From contig JAYWIR010000001.1 of assembly GCA_036172245.1 (NCBI GenBank), positions 8,618,001 through 8,682,000 of the forward strand: a stretch of 64,000 nucleotides of DNA, given 5' to 3'. The notes beneath the pieces are model-generated. The model made no database searches and was not told the DNA's origin. It worked only from the letters and a program-made list of their open reading frames with translations. Below, in pieces: positions 39,581 through 51,850 of this stretch (position 1 is its first letter; the number at the start of each line of letters is the position of its first letter). This DNA is from Raillietiella orientalis. Its lineage: Eukaryota. A program made the position numbers and the translations under genes.

Positions 39581-41481
39581 TCAATTTCCTGCCGTCGCAC
39601 CTCGAAGGGTCCCCGCCATCAGATGCAAAACAGACGTCTGGTTGCACCGAGTCCTCCTCCCCTCACCTTCCTTCTCCTTTTTGACCCCGTCTGCACGAGT
39701 GCTCAGGTCCACTCCCTTCCGTCGTACTGATTTGTATTCGCGCGTCGCGTCGGGGCAGCGGCTGATGGATGGGAAGGAAATCCTGGAGGAACGGGAGCGC
39801 CGAGGCACGCAATGCGATCAGGCCGCACCCTCCGCATTGCCGCTCCTCTTCCTCCTTCAACTCAGGCGCCCAGGAAACCTCGTCCTCCTCACTGACGTCA
39901 GGGCAATCGCAGGCTCCTGGAGGAGCATACAGCTCTCCCATCCTCGAGATGAGAGCGTCGTGGAAGCTGCCTCGAGTCAGGAGGCGCTCCACTTCGTGCG
40001 CAAGCACCAGCATCTCCCGCTGGAGCTGCTGCTGCGGCCGAGGATGGAAGGGACCGTCGGAGGGCAGCGTCAGTTCCTCGGGGCTGCAGGAAGAAGCGAG
40101 TCGCTTCGATTCGTCTCTCTCCTCCAGCAATAGGCTCACCCAGCTGTGACGTCACGGACGTTCTGCGAGCGAAGCCTCCCCTGCAAGCGGCCGCTGGCTC
40201 CGGCCCCTTGCTCCTTCTCCTCTGCACCCTTCTGAGCTGCACGAAGTATCCTCCGGCCTCCAATTGGTTCTCGGGATTCGCTTCTTCTCCACAGCAGACG
40301 GCGCTACTGCGCACTCTCATACCCAGCTCGGGGCACTAGACTCCGGCGCAAGACCTCCCCCGGACCCCCGGAAACCCCGTTACCCAGTTGCTGTCGCCAC
40401 CTGCTTGTCCGCACGTGCGATCGGCGATCCCGACCGGAAGGTCGTCATCCGCAGGAAGCTTCCCGTTCCTCGGGAGTGATGGGCGAGGCGGCAGCGATCT
40501 TGTCTTGGAGTATCCGGGGCGCGGACGCGCTGGCCCAGCGTGCTCTGCTGCCCCTGCCGCGCATGCGCTGGCGACGGCGCCTCCGTACTGCCACGTCTCC
40601 GCTTCCGCGGACCGCTGACAACCTCGGCGGCTTCTTCCTGCGCGCCGCCACGGCCACTTCCAGAGGAGGCGCTGCCTCCGTCTTGCGCCCCTTCCTCAGA
40701 CCGAGAGCTTGCCCTCGCAGGGGTGCTGGGTGAGATGGAGTCGCGTGAGGAGCAGCCGCCCTCCCCCTCTCTGAGGAGGAAGAGGAAAAAAAGCAAGTTG
40801 CCCCAGGGAACGGGGGGTGGGTGGGTGAGGGAGGAGGACGCGAAGTGCGCACGCGTTTGATACAGACCCGCGCTTTTTGTGGCACGGGGCCCCGCCGCAC
40901 CTTTCCATCGAGAGTTCCTCTCTGAGACCAAGAGGAGGGAGAAAGAGGAGGGAGACGTGTCCTCCTCCCCTGGATGACCCTTTCCCGCTCGCTTCCCCGC
41001 CCCTTAGCGCGTGCCTTCCGAGCTGCGACGTTTCAAGCCAGCAGCCCTCTTCTTCCCTGCCCTCCGGCGGGCCCTGCTCGGTGCGGACGGGCTGGAGCGT
41101 CGAGGCTGAAGGCCCGCTTCGGCCACGGTCGGAGCCGGCACTTGCTGCTCTAGGGGAGCGGAGGAGCAAGTGGGGAAGTGTGTGGATGTGGAGTGCGGGA
41201 TCTGAATGCGGATAGTGGATATGGATGATGTGGATGTGGATGTTGGGCGGGTGGATGGTCCACGACATCGTTCTGGTCGCACCTCGTGAGTCAGGGGATT
41301 GGGTGCGCGCGCGCGCTTGCGCTTCGGTTCGCGGACGCTGCGGGCCGCCGAACGACGCACACGCCACTTCTTCGCTTTCGTGGGAGCCGGCAGGGAGTGA
41401 CAGTGCTCCTGCCAACGAGCGGAGCGGGGGGGGGGGAGCTCTCCTCGTTCCCGAGGTGATGATCTCCGAGATGAACGACAT
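39581..41481 (-). CDS. Candidate orphan spliced gene, low-complexity protein of unknown function
   Basis: ATG at 41481; phase-consistent exons 41481-40901, 40770-40401, 40303-40140, 40083-39829, 39782-(39581); introns of 130, 97, 56 and 46 bp with GT..AG ends. No recognisable domain; 3' end uncertain. Confidence 0.4.
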
Positions 41482-44400
41482 CTTAACTCACGAGGATGGA
41501 GGAGGATGCATCTGTCGGAAGCGGCTGCCAGGCGGGGGGAACCTCCCGCTGCCTTCCTAAAGGACGCAGCTTTCAGCTGCTCCCCGAAGCCGTGCGAACC
41601 GAATTCCGGAGAGGAGGCGTTTCGTAAACTCATCCGAGGAGAAGGATTTATCTCGTCTAGAGACAGGATTTTGAAAAAGAAAAAAGACAAAGCTCCTTGT
41701 AAAATGAACGATGGAATCGCCATTGGCGTATTAGCGAAACACCATCATTCCTCCACGCAGCCCCTGGAACAGGCAGCAGCACAGCAGCACTGCTGCCACC
41801 TGCTGGAGCCGCCGCGCATGCGGGCAAGACAAACTACAACGAGGGAAAAGAAAGAGAGAAAAGCACTTTCCGTCGGGCTCGCAGGGCCACCTCACCTCCT
41901 CGGCGCGCGGCGGTGCGCGAGTTGCGCTCCACGAAGCCCGCGCAGGGTGGGAACTTTGGTGCCGGCACTTCCGGCTGCCGTCGACGAGCGCCCTCGAGAC
42001 GAGAACGCTCCGTGACTTGCGCTTCGAACCGCCTCCCACGCTCCCCCACGGCAAGCTCGGATCCTCTGTTCCGCACCGTGCTGTTTTCATCACGTGTTGC
42101 TGCACACTTTGCCGCGGGGTGGTACCCGCAGTGGCGATGTGCCACTCTCGTGCAGCCGCGAACGGGCAGAGCGCGCGAGTCCTCCCGCAGGCTTCCTCCG
42201 TGACCGAACGAGCCTCCGAGCGGTCCGAAGGAGCGACACACTCGCACGGAGACGCTGTTCACAGGTCAGCCACTCCTGCACCTCCGAGCAAGTAGGGAGG
42301 AGGCTGCACCTCTCTGATTTTCCCGTTCCGGACCCGAGGCTTAGCAACCTTCGCCCCTTGGCGACGAAAGGATTGCCCGTCGCCCTGGAATCGAAGGTGT
42401 CCAGTTTCATTAGATGGAGTCGCTTCATCGACGAAGATGGATGACGGAAGCAATTAAAGAATACATGCAGACTTGACTATCCTTTCACAGAAACCAGGGA
42501 TGCGAATCGAAAACGCAGCGTTGCACGCTAATATTAATCAGACCCGGAAACCTGTATACCACAGAGCACCATCGAAAATAAAGTCACATTCTTAAATAAT
42601 TCATTTATTTTCGAGATAGATTATTAATAAAATAAAATTGTTCCATAACGTACTGTGGGAAACTTTCCACTGCAGGTTTTCACAAACTCATCTCGTCGTT
42701 ATTGGAAATTCACTAGGCAACGCGTCTCCCGCTCACTTCGACCCCACGCACAACAATGCAGCGTCGCAGGGTTGCCGTCAGCCCATTAGGAAACTTTGCT
42801 CCAAAGTTATCGGAATTACGGACGAGGTTTCGGCACCTACTGGTGGTATAAGCGCGGAACTTCGAAACAGATGAGGACAAAATCCAGTGAAGCAAAGTCC
42901 AACGAAATAGCACTGGAGATCCATTAATCTAACGTGATGAAAAAGTTGCTTCAAAAATTTGCTTCTCTCTCAGGCAAAACTTTACCGCTCACCGAAATTG
43001 GCTCGCACCTCATCTGTTTATACCATCAGTCGTTTGTACCACAAACCATTCTTGATCCCAGACTCCAGTTACGCTAACGTGATCTGAATTTTCAGTACAG
43101 TGAATGTTTATAACTGTACTGATGAATTGGATGATTGCGTGCGCTTTCACTTAGGATGGTGACACCTGTCTTTACCTGCTGTCACCTGTGTCTGTCAGAA
43201 GAATTCTAATCCGAAAAAAAGAAAAAGAAAATATGTATATGCACGCACGTAACCGTATGTGTATTCCCAGAACCGCAAGCACAAATAATTACACGTGTTC
43301 AGGTGCATCCGTAGATGATGGAATTCGTAGTCACGATGACCACGACTTCAGTTTTCATCGGTGGTTCGCGAGAAGCAAATCGCCTTGACAAATATCTTTG
43401 GAGCGCATTGTCATTTGTCTGCTGGTAACAAGCAATCATCTCCATACCTGGTGGTGCATCCGGCTTGGAAGCATTCAGACGAGGCGGTTACACTGTACTT
43501 CTACATTTTTACCGGTTAAGGTTACTCTCAATTTTGTATGGAAAGCCACTGTTTGCTGCTCCCTTGGAGAATCTTCTAGAGAAAAAAGTTTTGGAAAGAC
43601 TGTGATAACGGAAACTCGAGAAAGCTTCCATTACTATTGGCTGATGAGAATGACGTAAGGAACGTTAGTCGGCAAGATGGCCATTTCGTATGTACCGTTG
43701 CTGATTATCGATGCTTACCGAGGTAGTCGATCTGGGCCCCACCGCGTGTTCAGATCATCCAAATCCAACGAGTAACCTCCGCGAAAAAGCTTCTCTTCCC
43801 TATAAACATCGTGCGGTCACCACAGCGCTCGGGGTCCGCATCCAACAGCCATCCACGACCGCCTCAAGCTTGCCTGGAATTCCTGTGGTCACCCGGAACA
43901 CTTTTTTTCCTTTTTCCGCTTTCCTCAGCAGCCTCGCGAGCCATAAGCACACGCACACTCCGTGGTCGCTAACCATCTTACTCCACAGATCGATTGCGGC
44001 CGGTTAAGATTTTCGCTCCGTGGACAAGTGCGTCCCCGAGCTGGGCTGGAAGACTCGCAGTCCTCGATGGGGATGAGTTTCTCGCCTTTGTCACGTCCGA
44101 GCGGCCGGCCATTTTTTATGCCCAGCAGCGATTCTTTCTGCGCGTTCCTTTTACTCCTGAGAGCTGACTTACCTCTCCGTGTCTTCCAGCAATTACCCTG
44201 TGCTATTACGGAGAGCAATCCAACGGCGCATGCAAGCAGCCTGAGTTTATATATATGAATAACCCAGTGGTCAGTTGGCGTGATAAGCAGAATTGTGTGG
44301 AGGAAGATGGGGAGGCGGGAGATGAGGAACGGTGAGCTGTTTGGAAGAGACGCACTCGCTCCTTGTGTGGCCTCCGCAGCGCATCGGCCGCGATTCAACT

Positions 44401-47400
44401 CAACGAAATTCGCATCCGGCTTGCGTTACCAAGGTGACCAGCGATGCGGTCGGTGGTCCGCAAGCTATGGTTCCCCCCCCCCACACACACACACACATAC
44501 ACCAGATCATCCCTGCTCCCTTTTCTCTGTAAGAATTGCTGTCTGAAACGGAGGCTGCAGAAATTCACTGGCTCGCGCCGAAAAGATGTGGTGATGGGCT
44601 CCTCTTCTTGTAGTTTCCAGTTTTTGTTCTCCTCAGAGCTTTTACTACGAAGAGCCCCATGTTTGAGGGACGGGCAATCACATGGGCTGCAATCAATACT
44701 TGTGTAACTTCAGTACTCCCGGTTTTTGTACAAAAAGTGCATCTGAAATCTGCTAGGTATGTAATTGAGACGAAAATCAAATTAAACAACTGATAATACG
44801 CTGCAAAGAACACAACCAAGAAAACGCACTGTTGCTTCGTCCTGAGAGATGACTTTTATAAGCCCAAAACAAAAAACAGACCAAGGACCCAAGGTTCGTC
44901 GATGAGGACCCGTGCTTATGGACGTTCTTTTTCTGTTCAAATCCGAGACATTAATTCCACTTTTAAGGGGAGCCTCGAAACAAATCCCGAATATTGATCT
45001 GGGCTGGTATTTGGCTTGATGGAAGCAAGCGAGAATGGATGCCATCAGTGCGCTTGTACAAAGAAGCGATTCTGTTTGTGAAAGAATTGCATTCGGAATC
45101 CTCGAGTAACATCCGAAACGATACATCTTTCGATACTTTATGTTTCGAACGCTAGATGGCACGGGCTTTTAATTGCGTTTGAAAAAACGCAATTAAAAGC
45201 GCCCGATGCTGGGAACAGCAGTCATCCTACGGACTATGAAGCTGCAGTGAACTGCATCCAGCATCCTCTGAATCCTCCGTCCGTTTGTTGCTTCGACGAT
45301 CATTGCACGCTGATGGCACCACCGCACGTCGGTTTCGAATGCACAGTTCTAAAGCGTCCGCATCTTGAGTCCGGGATTTGATTGGACAACTGCGGACCGG
45401 CCTTCCCACCAACACGTCCCACTTCCATTGTTGCGACACGGACGCTCCCGGTGCCTGGGTCGCGTTTCCGTGCAGTTGCCTGGACCCGCAGGAATTGCTC
45501 ATCCCGGAAGCGGTGCGAAGTGCGTGCTGGTGTACGCACAAGTGTGTACGCGGCGGCGGTCAATACTTTTTCATTCGCTGTCATTAGCACAGACAGCTTT
45601 CCCTCGTTTTTCACCAGAGAGTCCGCGGAGTGAAACAACCGAATCAATTTGTCCTACGGCTGGGGTGTTTGCGAACTCCGCGTAACTCGAGCTATACTTA
45701 TTCAGGGACAAAAACCATTGCCATCGAAACCATTGCAACCCTGAGCATCCCCTATTTTGTTCCGTCCTGTTTTCATTTTTTTTAAAAAAAGGAAAAAAGA
45801 GAAAGAGAGAGATGGACCTCGTTTTTATTTGCCTAGCCTCTTCGCTGGTCGCTGTTTCTTGGCCTTCAGAGTTCTCTCGCAAAGGAAAATTGATTCAAAG
45901 TTGTCTCAAAGAAGAGGAAATGAATTGAAAGTGGAGCGATTTCTAATCGAGAAGTGTGGATACAAATGGAATGCCATGCGAGCAACTCACAAAGAGTTCA
46001 AAAGCAATCCGTTCTTCTCCGAAGCTTTGAAATACCTCTCGAGGAACAGGACGATCTTCTCAAGGGATAGGAAAGAATGATGATGATCAAGGGAAGAAAA
46101 AGTGCAATCTAGTCGATCATGGCATGAGAAGGAACATCGTTCGTAATAGGAAGCAGCGATGCCGAGGACAAAGTGGCGGGGACATCTGCCAGCGGAGTGA
46201 CGTCATCTCTCGGGCAGATTTCGGCACGCTGTCGCGAGGACACGGAGCGCTCGGAGCGCGAAACGTATCGATCGAATTTTCTGCTGTAACCTATTCAATC
46301 CTTTGTAATGAAAACGAACTGCAGCAAAATAAGTGAATAAATAAAGAGGAAGTGAAAAAGAAAGAAGGAAAGAAAACACACACACAGATGAATGGAAGGT
46401 TGGAGTCATGAAATGAATCCGATCGTGGTCGGCATTCGTTCAGCTTTCAATACGGCAGTAGTGCTTGGCGTGTTAGGGCGGCGGCGGCAGTGGCGGTGGT
46501 GGTGCGCGAGTTGCAAGCACGACGGGTTCGTCAGGATGGTCCAGAATGCTCCACCGAATGTGCACGTCAAGCAACCAAGTGTCCTGGTTTTTTTTTTGTG
46601 TGTGGGCAGGGGGGGAGGGGGGAGGAAGGATGCCGGTCTCAGAGCAACCGCTGTGTGACGTACGGCACGTCGCTTGCTGGCTTTTGTTGTTCACGAGGTG
46701 TTTCAGTTACAAAAAATCTGCACAGCATCTGATCGCCCTGGCTACCTAGTGACATCAGAGAGGTGTTTGGGACCATCGGAATTGCAGAGGTCGAGTTTGC
46801 TCGTGGATAGCCTGGAGAAACACCGAGGGACGCGCAGGTGCAAACCTAGGAGTAAACACAGTGACGAAACGCTGCGCGAGGGAGGAACGGAAACGGCACG
46901 TGTCTGCCCGGGAATTTCATCCCAGGATGGCCTCTCCCCTGGCCGAGCTGGAGGGAGGCACCGTCAAAATTCTGGCAGCCTCTGAGCTGTAGTAGCATTC
47001 CCCATAATGCACTCGCACGGTGACGTGCGGTGGATGTGCCCGAGATCGGGCGATGCTGGGATCGGGATGAGGACAGCCGTCTTCGGAAGCACCTCCGCTT
47101 CCGGAACCGAACTTGTCCTTCCAGCCGCTCCTCCCGGCTCTACGCCTTGGGCCCCTCGGCGCCGCGCACCGCGCGGATTTCAGACACTTTCGTCAGCAGG
47201 AACTCGGGACGGTTGCTGAGCAGCGAACTCCCCTCCCCCCCCTCCGGACCCTACGAGACCGCGCTCCCTCCTCCCATCCTTCGGAGTGACTCGTCCAGGG
47301 AGCGCCGGGATCCTCGGCACGGCAAGGGAAAGAAGGCGAGCACTCCAGTTCTTCGGGAAGAGCGCGATGTCCCCCTCGCGTCTGACAAGTGACTGCGCGA

Positions 47401-47969
47401 GCCACGTTGGCGTCTCGCGGCAGCCCTCTAGCGATAGGGGAAGACTTCTGGGTTCTTTCTCCCCCCTTCCGGCCCATCCGCAGCGATCCGTCCCTTCCGT
47501 GGGATGAGACCGTGGCCTCCCTCACCTCTCCGTCCCGTCGGCTCGCTTCGACGACGCGGCTGCGCCGGACGTGGGGATTTCTACCGCCTCCAGGGATGCG
47601 CACGAAGTCAGCACGGCTCTCGAAGATCCGTAAGGGATGGCACGCGCGTTCGGATGCTCCTCCGCCCTTTGCGACACCGCACGCGCCGGAGGAGCGTCCC
47701 TCTCGCTTCCCCTGCCGACCCGGACTCCCCCGTGTCAACACACCAACGCTGAAGAACCATTCGCCCGGGAGGAAGCTCTTCAGCACGCGGTCCACTCTCA
47801 CCGAAGAAACCAAATGGCCTCTTCAAGACGGAGGGAATGACCCCGGAGGGACCATTCCATGGAAGGCTCCAGAGGAAGGAGGGTCCATTCCTCTTACGCT
47901 TGGGAGGGAACCCCGAAGAGAACCACCTCTTCGTCATTCTCTCCGGACGGACTCCCTGTAGGGGGAGAC

Positions 47970-48458
47970 ACTCGCCGTGTCTTCTCCAGAAGGAACCCGG
48001 AAAGGATCCGCTCCCGGAACTTCCTTTCCGGAGGGAACCCGGAAGGGAACCTCTCCTGGTTTCCCTCCTCTGAAAAGAACCCAGAAGGAGCACTTCCCGA
48101 TTTGCTCTGGAGGGTCGCTCCTCGGAGGGAGCAGCGCGCTTCTTGACGTTCTTCTTGACCCCGAAGGGGCTATCAACCAGCCCCACAGGTACAGCTTCAT
48201 TTGTACAACCGGAAGGGATCTCCGAAGGGACTCCTCGATTCCTGGAAGGAAGGACCCCGGAGGGTCAACTTTCCTTTCCGGCCAGTCAAGAGGGACATCC
48301 GGCTTCCACCGGTGTTTCAGCCGAATAAGCCAACCAGCATCATCTTGCGGGAGGGAGGACAACAAACCCACGACGCATCCCCTATATGTCGGCGTCGACC
48401 CTTCCCTGAGCGGGATTCGAACCCGCGACTCCTGATGTTTCCGCGAGCGGAGGCCGCA
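47970..48458 (-). mobile_element. tRNA-derived SINE, copy 2
   Basis: Reverse complement carries GTCGCGGGTTCGAATCCCGC and the same body as 19190-19642 (e.g. CACCGGTGGAAGCCGGATGT, GGAAAGTTGACCCTCCGGGGTCCTT, GAGGAGCGACCCTCCAGAG). Confidence 0.75.
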
Positions 48459-50149
48459 GCTGCACGACCGCCTGCGTCGGGCCTGCTTGGGTCTTGGATC
48501 CCGCTCGGAGACCGGAAGAGGTCCGGGAGCCAGCTGCGGCTATTTTCCTCGTCACCGCGCCGTCGTTGCTGCTACGGAGTTGTGGGCGGATGTCGAGAGG
48601 AGGTGTTCTTTCGCGCCAGGACTGGGCAGTCTTCGCTGAGCCTTGTCTGCTCTCCCGAGGATTCCATGCCAGCACCTATCCACCCCCAGCTTAGTGGACA
48701 TGTTTGTCTCCTCAGCAGGGAATCGTTGATCTGGATCCATCCTGCTCGCACGTCTCCTGTCTTGGCGCTTCTCGGCGGACCCCTCCCCCCCGGGCAAACG
48801 GTCCCAGACCTGGATTCTGCGACGAAGTGCACCTACAAGATGGAGTCCGGGTTCTCACAGGCTCTATGAGGAGGAGGAAGCCGGGCTTCGCGTCTCCCGA
48901 AACTTTGTGCATCCCGCGTTCCTCCGGCATCTCAATTAGCGGCGAAGAGCCGCCTTGTTGCTTTCTGCCGGGGCGTCCAATTGGATGCTAGTTGGCTGGA
49001 GCTCGCTTGTGGCGGAAGTTTCTTGAAATTGATTGTGGGGTGACGATGAAGGACCATCTCGAAAGAAGCCTCTGCCGTCTTTTTTTTTCCCCCAGTTGAA
49101 CAATTCACTTGCGGCAGCGATCGAACTGCGCGTTTCTTCGGCCACAGAGGACGAGAAGAGTATGTGCCGGTGGGCAATTGAAAGTTCGAAGTTCAGTGAC
49201 CCTGAGCTTGCCATGAAGCGTTGACATCAAGTCACTCGAGGGACGACCACTTCACGCTGTGACCTCCAACTCGAAGGCCCAGCAAAGACGGTTGGAACCT
49301 TCGTCTACCTGTTGCACCTGGACTCTCCTCGGAGCTCCTTTCGTACAAGGCGACCCTTCGTCGAGAATGGCCTTTCCTTGGGGGGACGCGTATGCGCACA
49401 TCCCTGCGAGCCCCTGGCGCCCTCCCCTGTTCGGAGGGACTCGCGGCATCGCAACGAGCAAGAAGTTTGGCAACATCTCTTTCCTTCGAGGAGGCCTTCG
49501 AGCCAGCGCCACCAAGCGGTCCAGCTCCACCAGCGGGAAGCTGATGGAGCTGGCCGAAGGAGCAGCTTCCCGCTGCTCCTTCGGTCAGCGGCTCATCGCC
49601 TGCGCATCCAACGTGACACACCTGGCAGCGGCAGACGCGCTTTCAATGCCCCGCCCCCATTCCCTCCGGAGGGCGCGCTCGGGCTCGTAGCCAGCGGTCT
49701 CGAGTCAACGAGTCGTGCAGCCCGAGTCTCGTGGGGTGGCGGCAGCTCTCCCTCCGATGCTGGAAAGACGAGCGCCATCGATCATGTCTTCTCCCGAGGA
49801 GACCACCTGTGCTTGCAGTTGTGACCAAGGGAGAGGCAAAGGTCGATGTTCGCTGGTCATTCCAGGATCGCTCTGGAGCCGGCGCCTATGGGGGAAGGGT
49901 TTCCAGTGAACATCTGGCGTCCATCAGGGAGCGCTATCCCGACAACAAGAAGGAGGAGATCCTTCGCAGCTTCCCGAGGGACTTCGCTACTGGCGAACCC
50001 CGCGACTGAGACCGGCCGGAAGGTTCCATCCGGGAGTTCGGCCTCCGCACCCAGCTCCGGCCTGTGATGGTTCGCCACCCTACGAAGGGAGACCCCGAGG
50101 GCACCAGTGCTGCCGTAGGGCGCTCCTACCACGCGCGAGCAGTTAAGCT

Positions 50150-50400
50150 CAAGCCTCGACGCCCCTTCGCGGCGTACGGAATCCTCCGTGCCATCAAGGG
50201 CTTGGGAGATGAGCTGCGCCAGGGGAGAGCTAACCAGCACGCCGCAGCTACGTCGGCTCCCCGCAGCAGAGTTGAGCTCCCTGGTGCTGCGGCTGTGAGG
50301 AAGCTGATCGGGAAGAGAGGCGACATGCCCTCCTCCTTTCGTCTGGCAGCGACGCTTCTCTTGGCTAAGGAAAGGGATCTACGCGGTGGCCCCAGTGACC
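50150..50400 (+). mobile_element. Degraded Tx1-like LINE RT fragment
   Basis: RPFAAYGILRAIKGL and KLIGKRGDMPSSFRLAATLLLAKERDLR align by eye to EPFTTGEIITAIKRL and MLIRERGDVPNSFPSARVRLLAKGGDLR of the element at 33.6-33.8 kb. Confidence 0.7.
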
Positions 50401-50949
50401 GGCATTTGACCTGGGGTTCAGAGGACACCCACAAGCGCGATCCGTGGGCGACCTGAGCAGCAGTGGTAGAAGCAGCAGGAAACGCGCCGTAGGGTTCGAG
50501 AAGACGGGAACGCCTACCCAGTAACCCTGGCATCCGTTCCCTTCTGGTCACACGCGTGTTACCTATGTCCCTCCAACCGGTCTTTTCCCTACCCGACACA
50601 GACCCTCGGGGATCGCGGTCGCTTTCCTGAGACCGGTCCATCCCATTCCCTGTTATTTATCCACTCACTGGTCCTTCTTCCTCTTCCTCGTTCCCTTTCG
50701 GCCAGCTCTATACCCAGCGAGGGTAGGCTCTTAGACTCCTTGGGCCTGCACAGGTTTCTCTTTAACTTTTGTTTATTTTGAGTGAATGGCCCGGGGGAAT
50801 CCTAGACAAGAAGATGGCTCTTATCAAAGAGAAATGAGCCTACAAAGTGGGAAGCTTGTTGCTTCTTAACGCTAGGTGTTCCGGAAGGGAGAGCAGTGGT
50901 GGGCCAGCTACTGTCCAGGTGGCTACACGGGAAGACCTGGACGGTCAAG

Positions 50950-51850
50950 AGCGGCGAACCAAAAATGAATGAGGGAGGAAGGGAAAGTGACCGGGAGCAC
51001 CGGTTGACTTTGCCGCGCCCGCGGCAGCGTGCGCGCGAGGAAGGTGGTATCCTCTGGACTTCCTTGTGGTGGATGCAGCCATTTCCTCTCTCTCCCCGTC
51101 ACCATCAAGGAGCAACCGTCGCTGCCAGCGCACCTCCGGCAGGAGGTCGCCACCGTCTCCAGGAAGCGACATGGGATCGGAGTCCGGGTGCAGGGTGGAG
51201 TCCGTCGCGAGTGAAGCGGCACCGCAGCAACCCCTTCCGGGTTGTCCTGCAGCAGATGCACCGGGGTCACCTGCAGGCATTCTCAGCCGCTTCCAAAGTC
51301 CCCGGAGTTCCACCGGGACGATTCGATCGCGACGCGCCCGGCGCAGCTCAGGGAGCGCTCTCTTTCGTCCAGTGAGATCGGCGCTTGCTGCACCGGAGGA
51401 CCCAGGGAAAGAAGCACAGCGCCGCTCGCTGTCATTCCCTGGAACATTTCCCCAGAACTGCCCGAACTCATGAGGCAGGACAGATGAGTCCGCAGATGGG
51501 GATCCCAGAGGCGCTGCCCAGTAGAGGAGTTCTTCGGAAGGGATTGGAAGTTGACCCTCCGAGGTCCTTCCAGGAATGGGAGTGCGGAGACGGGTCGAGC
51601 AGCTGGTGCTGCCGCCGCAGTTCCAGGAAACTGCGTCATTGACCTCCGCACTGGCTTCTTCGATGGAATACCGTGGCAGCGGATGGGTTAAAGGCACCAA
51701 CCACTCCGGAGCCGCCTCCCACTGATTGCGCCTACCGGAACGTTTTTCCTGTGCTGGTGGTGCAGTACGACTCTCTGGAGAATCTTCTTCTACAGACTCA
51801 GTTCAAAATCACTGATACCCTCGCGCCAGATGTGCTCTAGAGCACTTGAG
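50950..51850 (-). mobile_element. Possible eroded Ty3/gypsy RT relic
   Basis: ESVEEDSP...EKRSGRR...VPLTHPLPRYSIEE...; TTRKGLLRCRFTRDGLHPAPG; FLETV...LMVTGRERKWLH, resembling gypsy RT motifs in order; a SINE-like piece lies at ~51545-51580. Confidence 0.4.

Noticed and set aside
42515..42535. Helitron 3' end (GCGTTGCACG)
   Set aside because: No following CTRR terminus and no matching 5' end.
48930..49620. Another gypsy RT relic (ELDRLV..., FELSIAHRHI...EETR)
   Set aside because: Similarity too weak to call by eye; needs a profile search.
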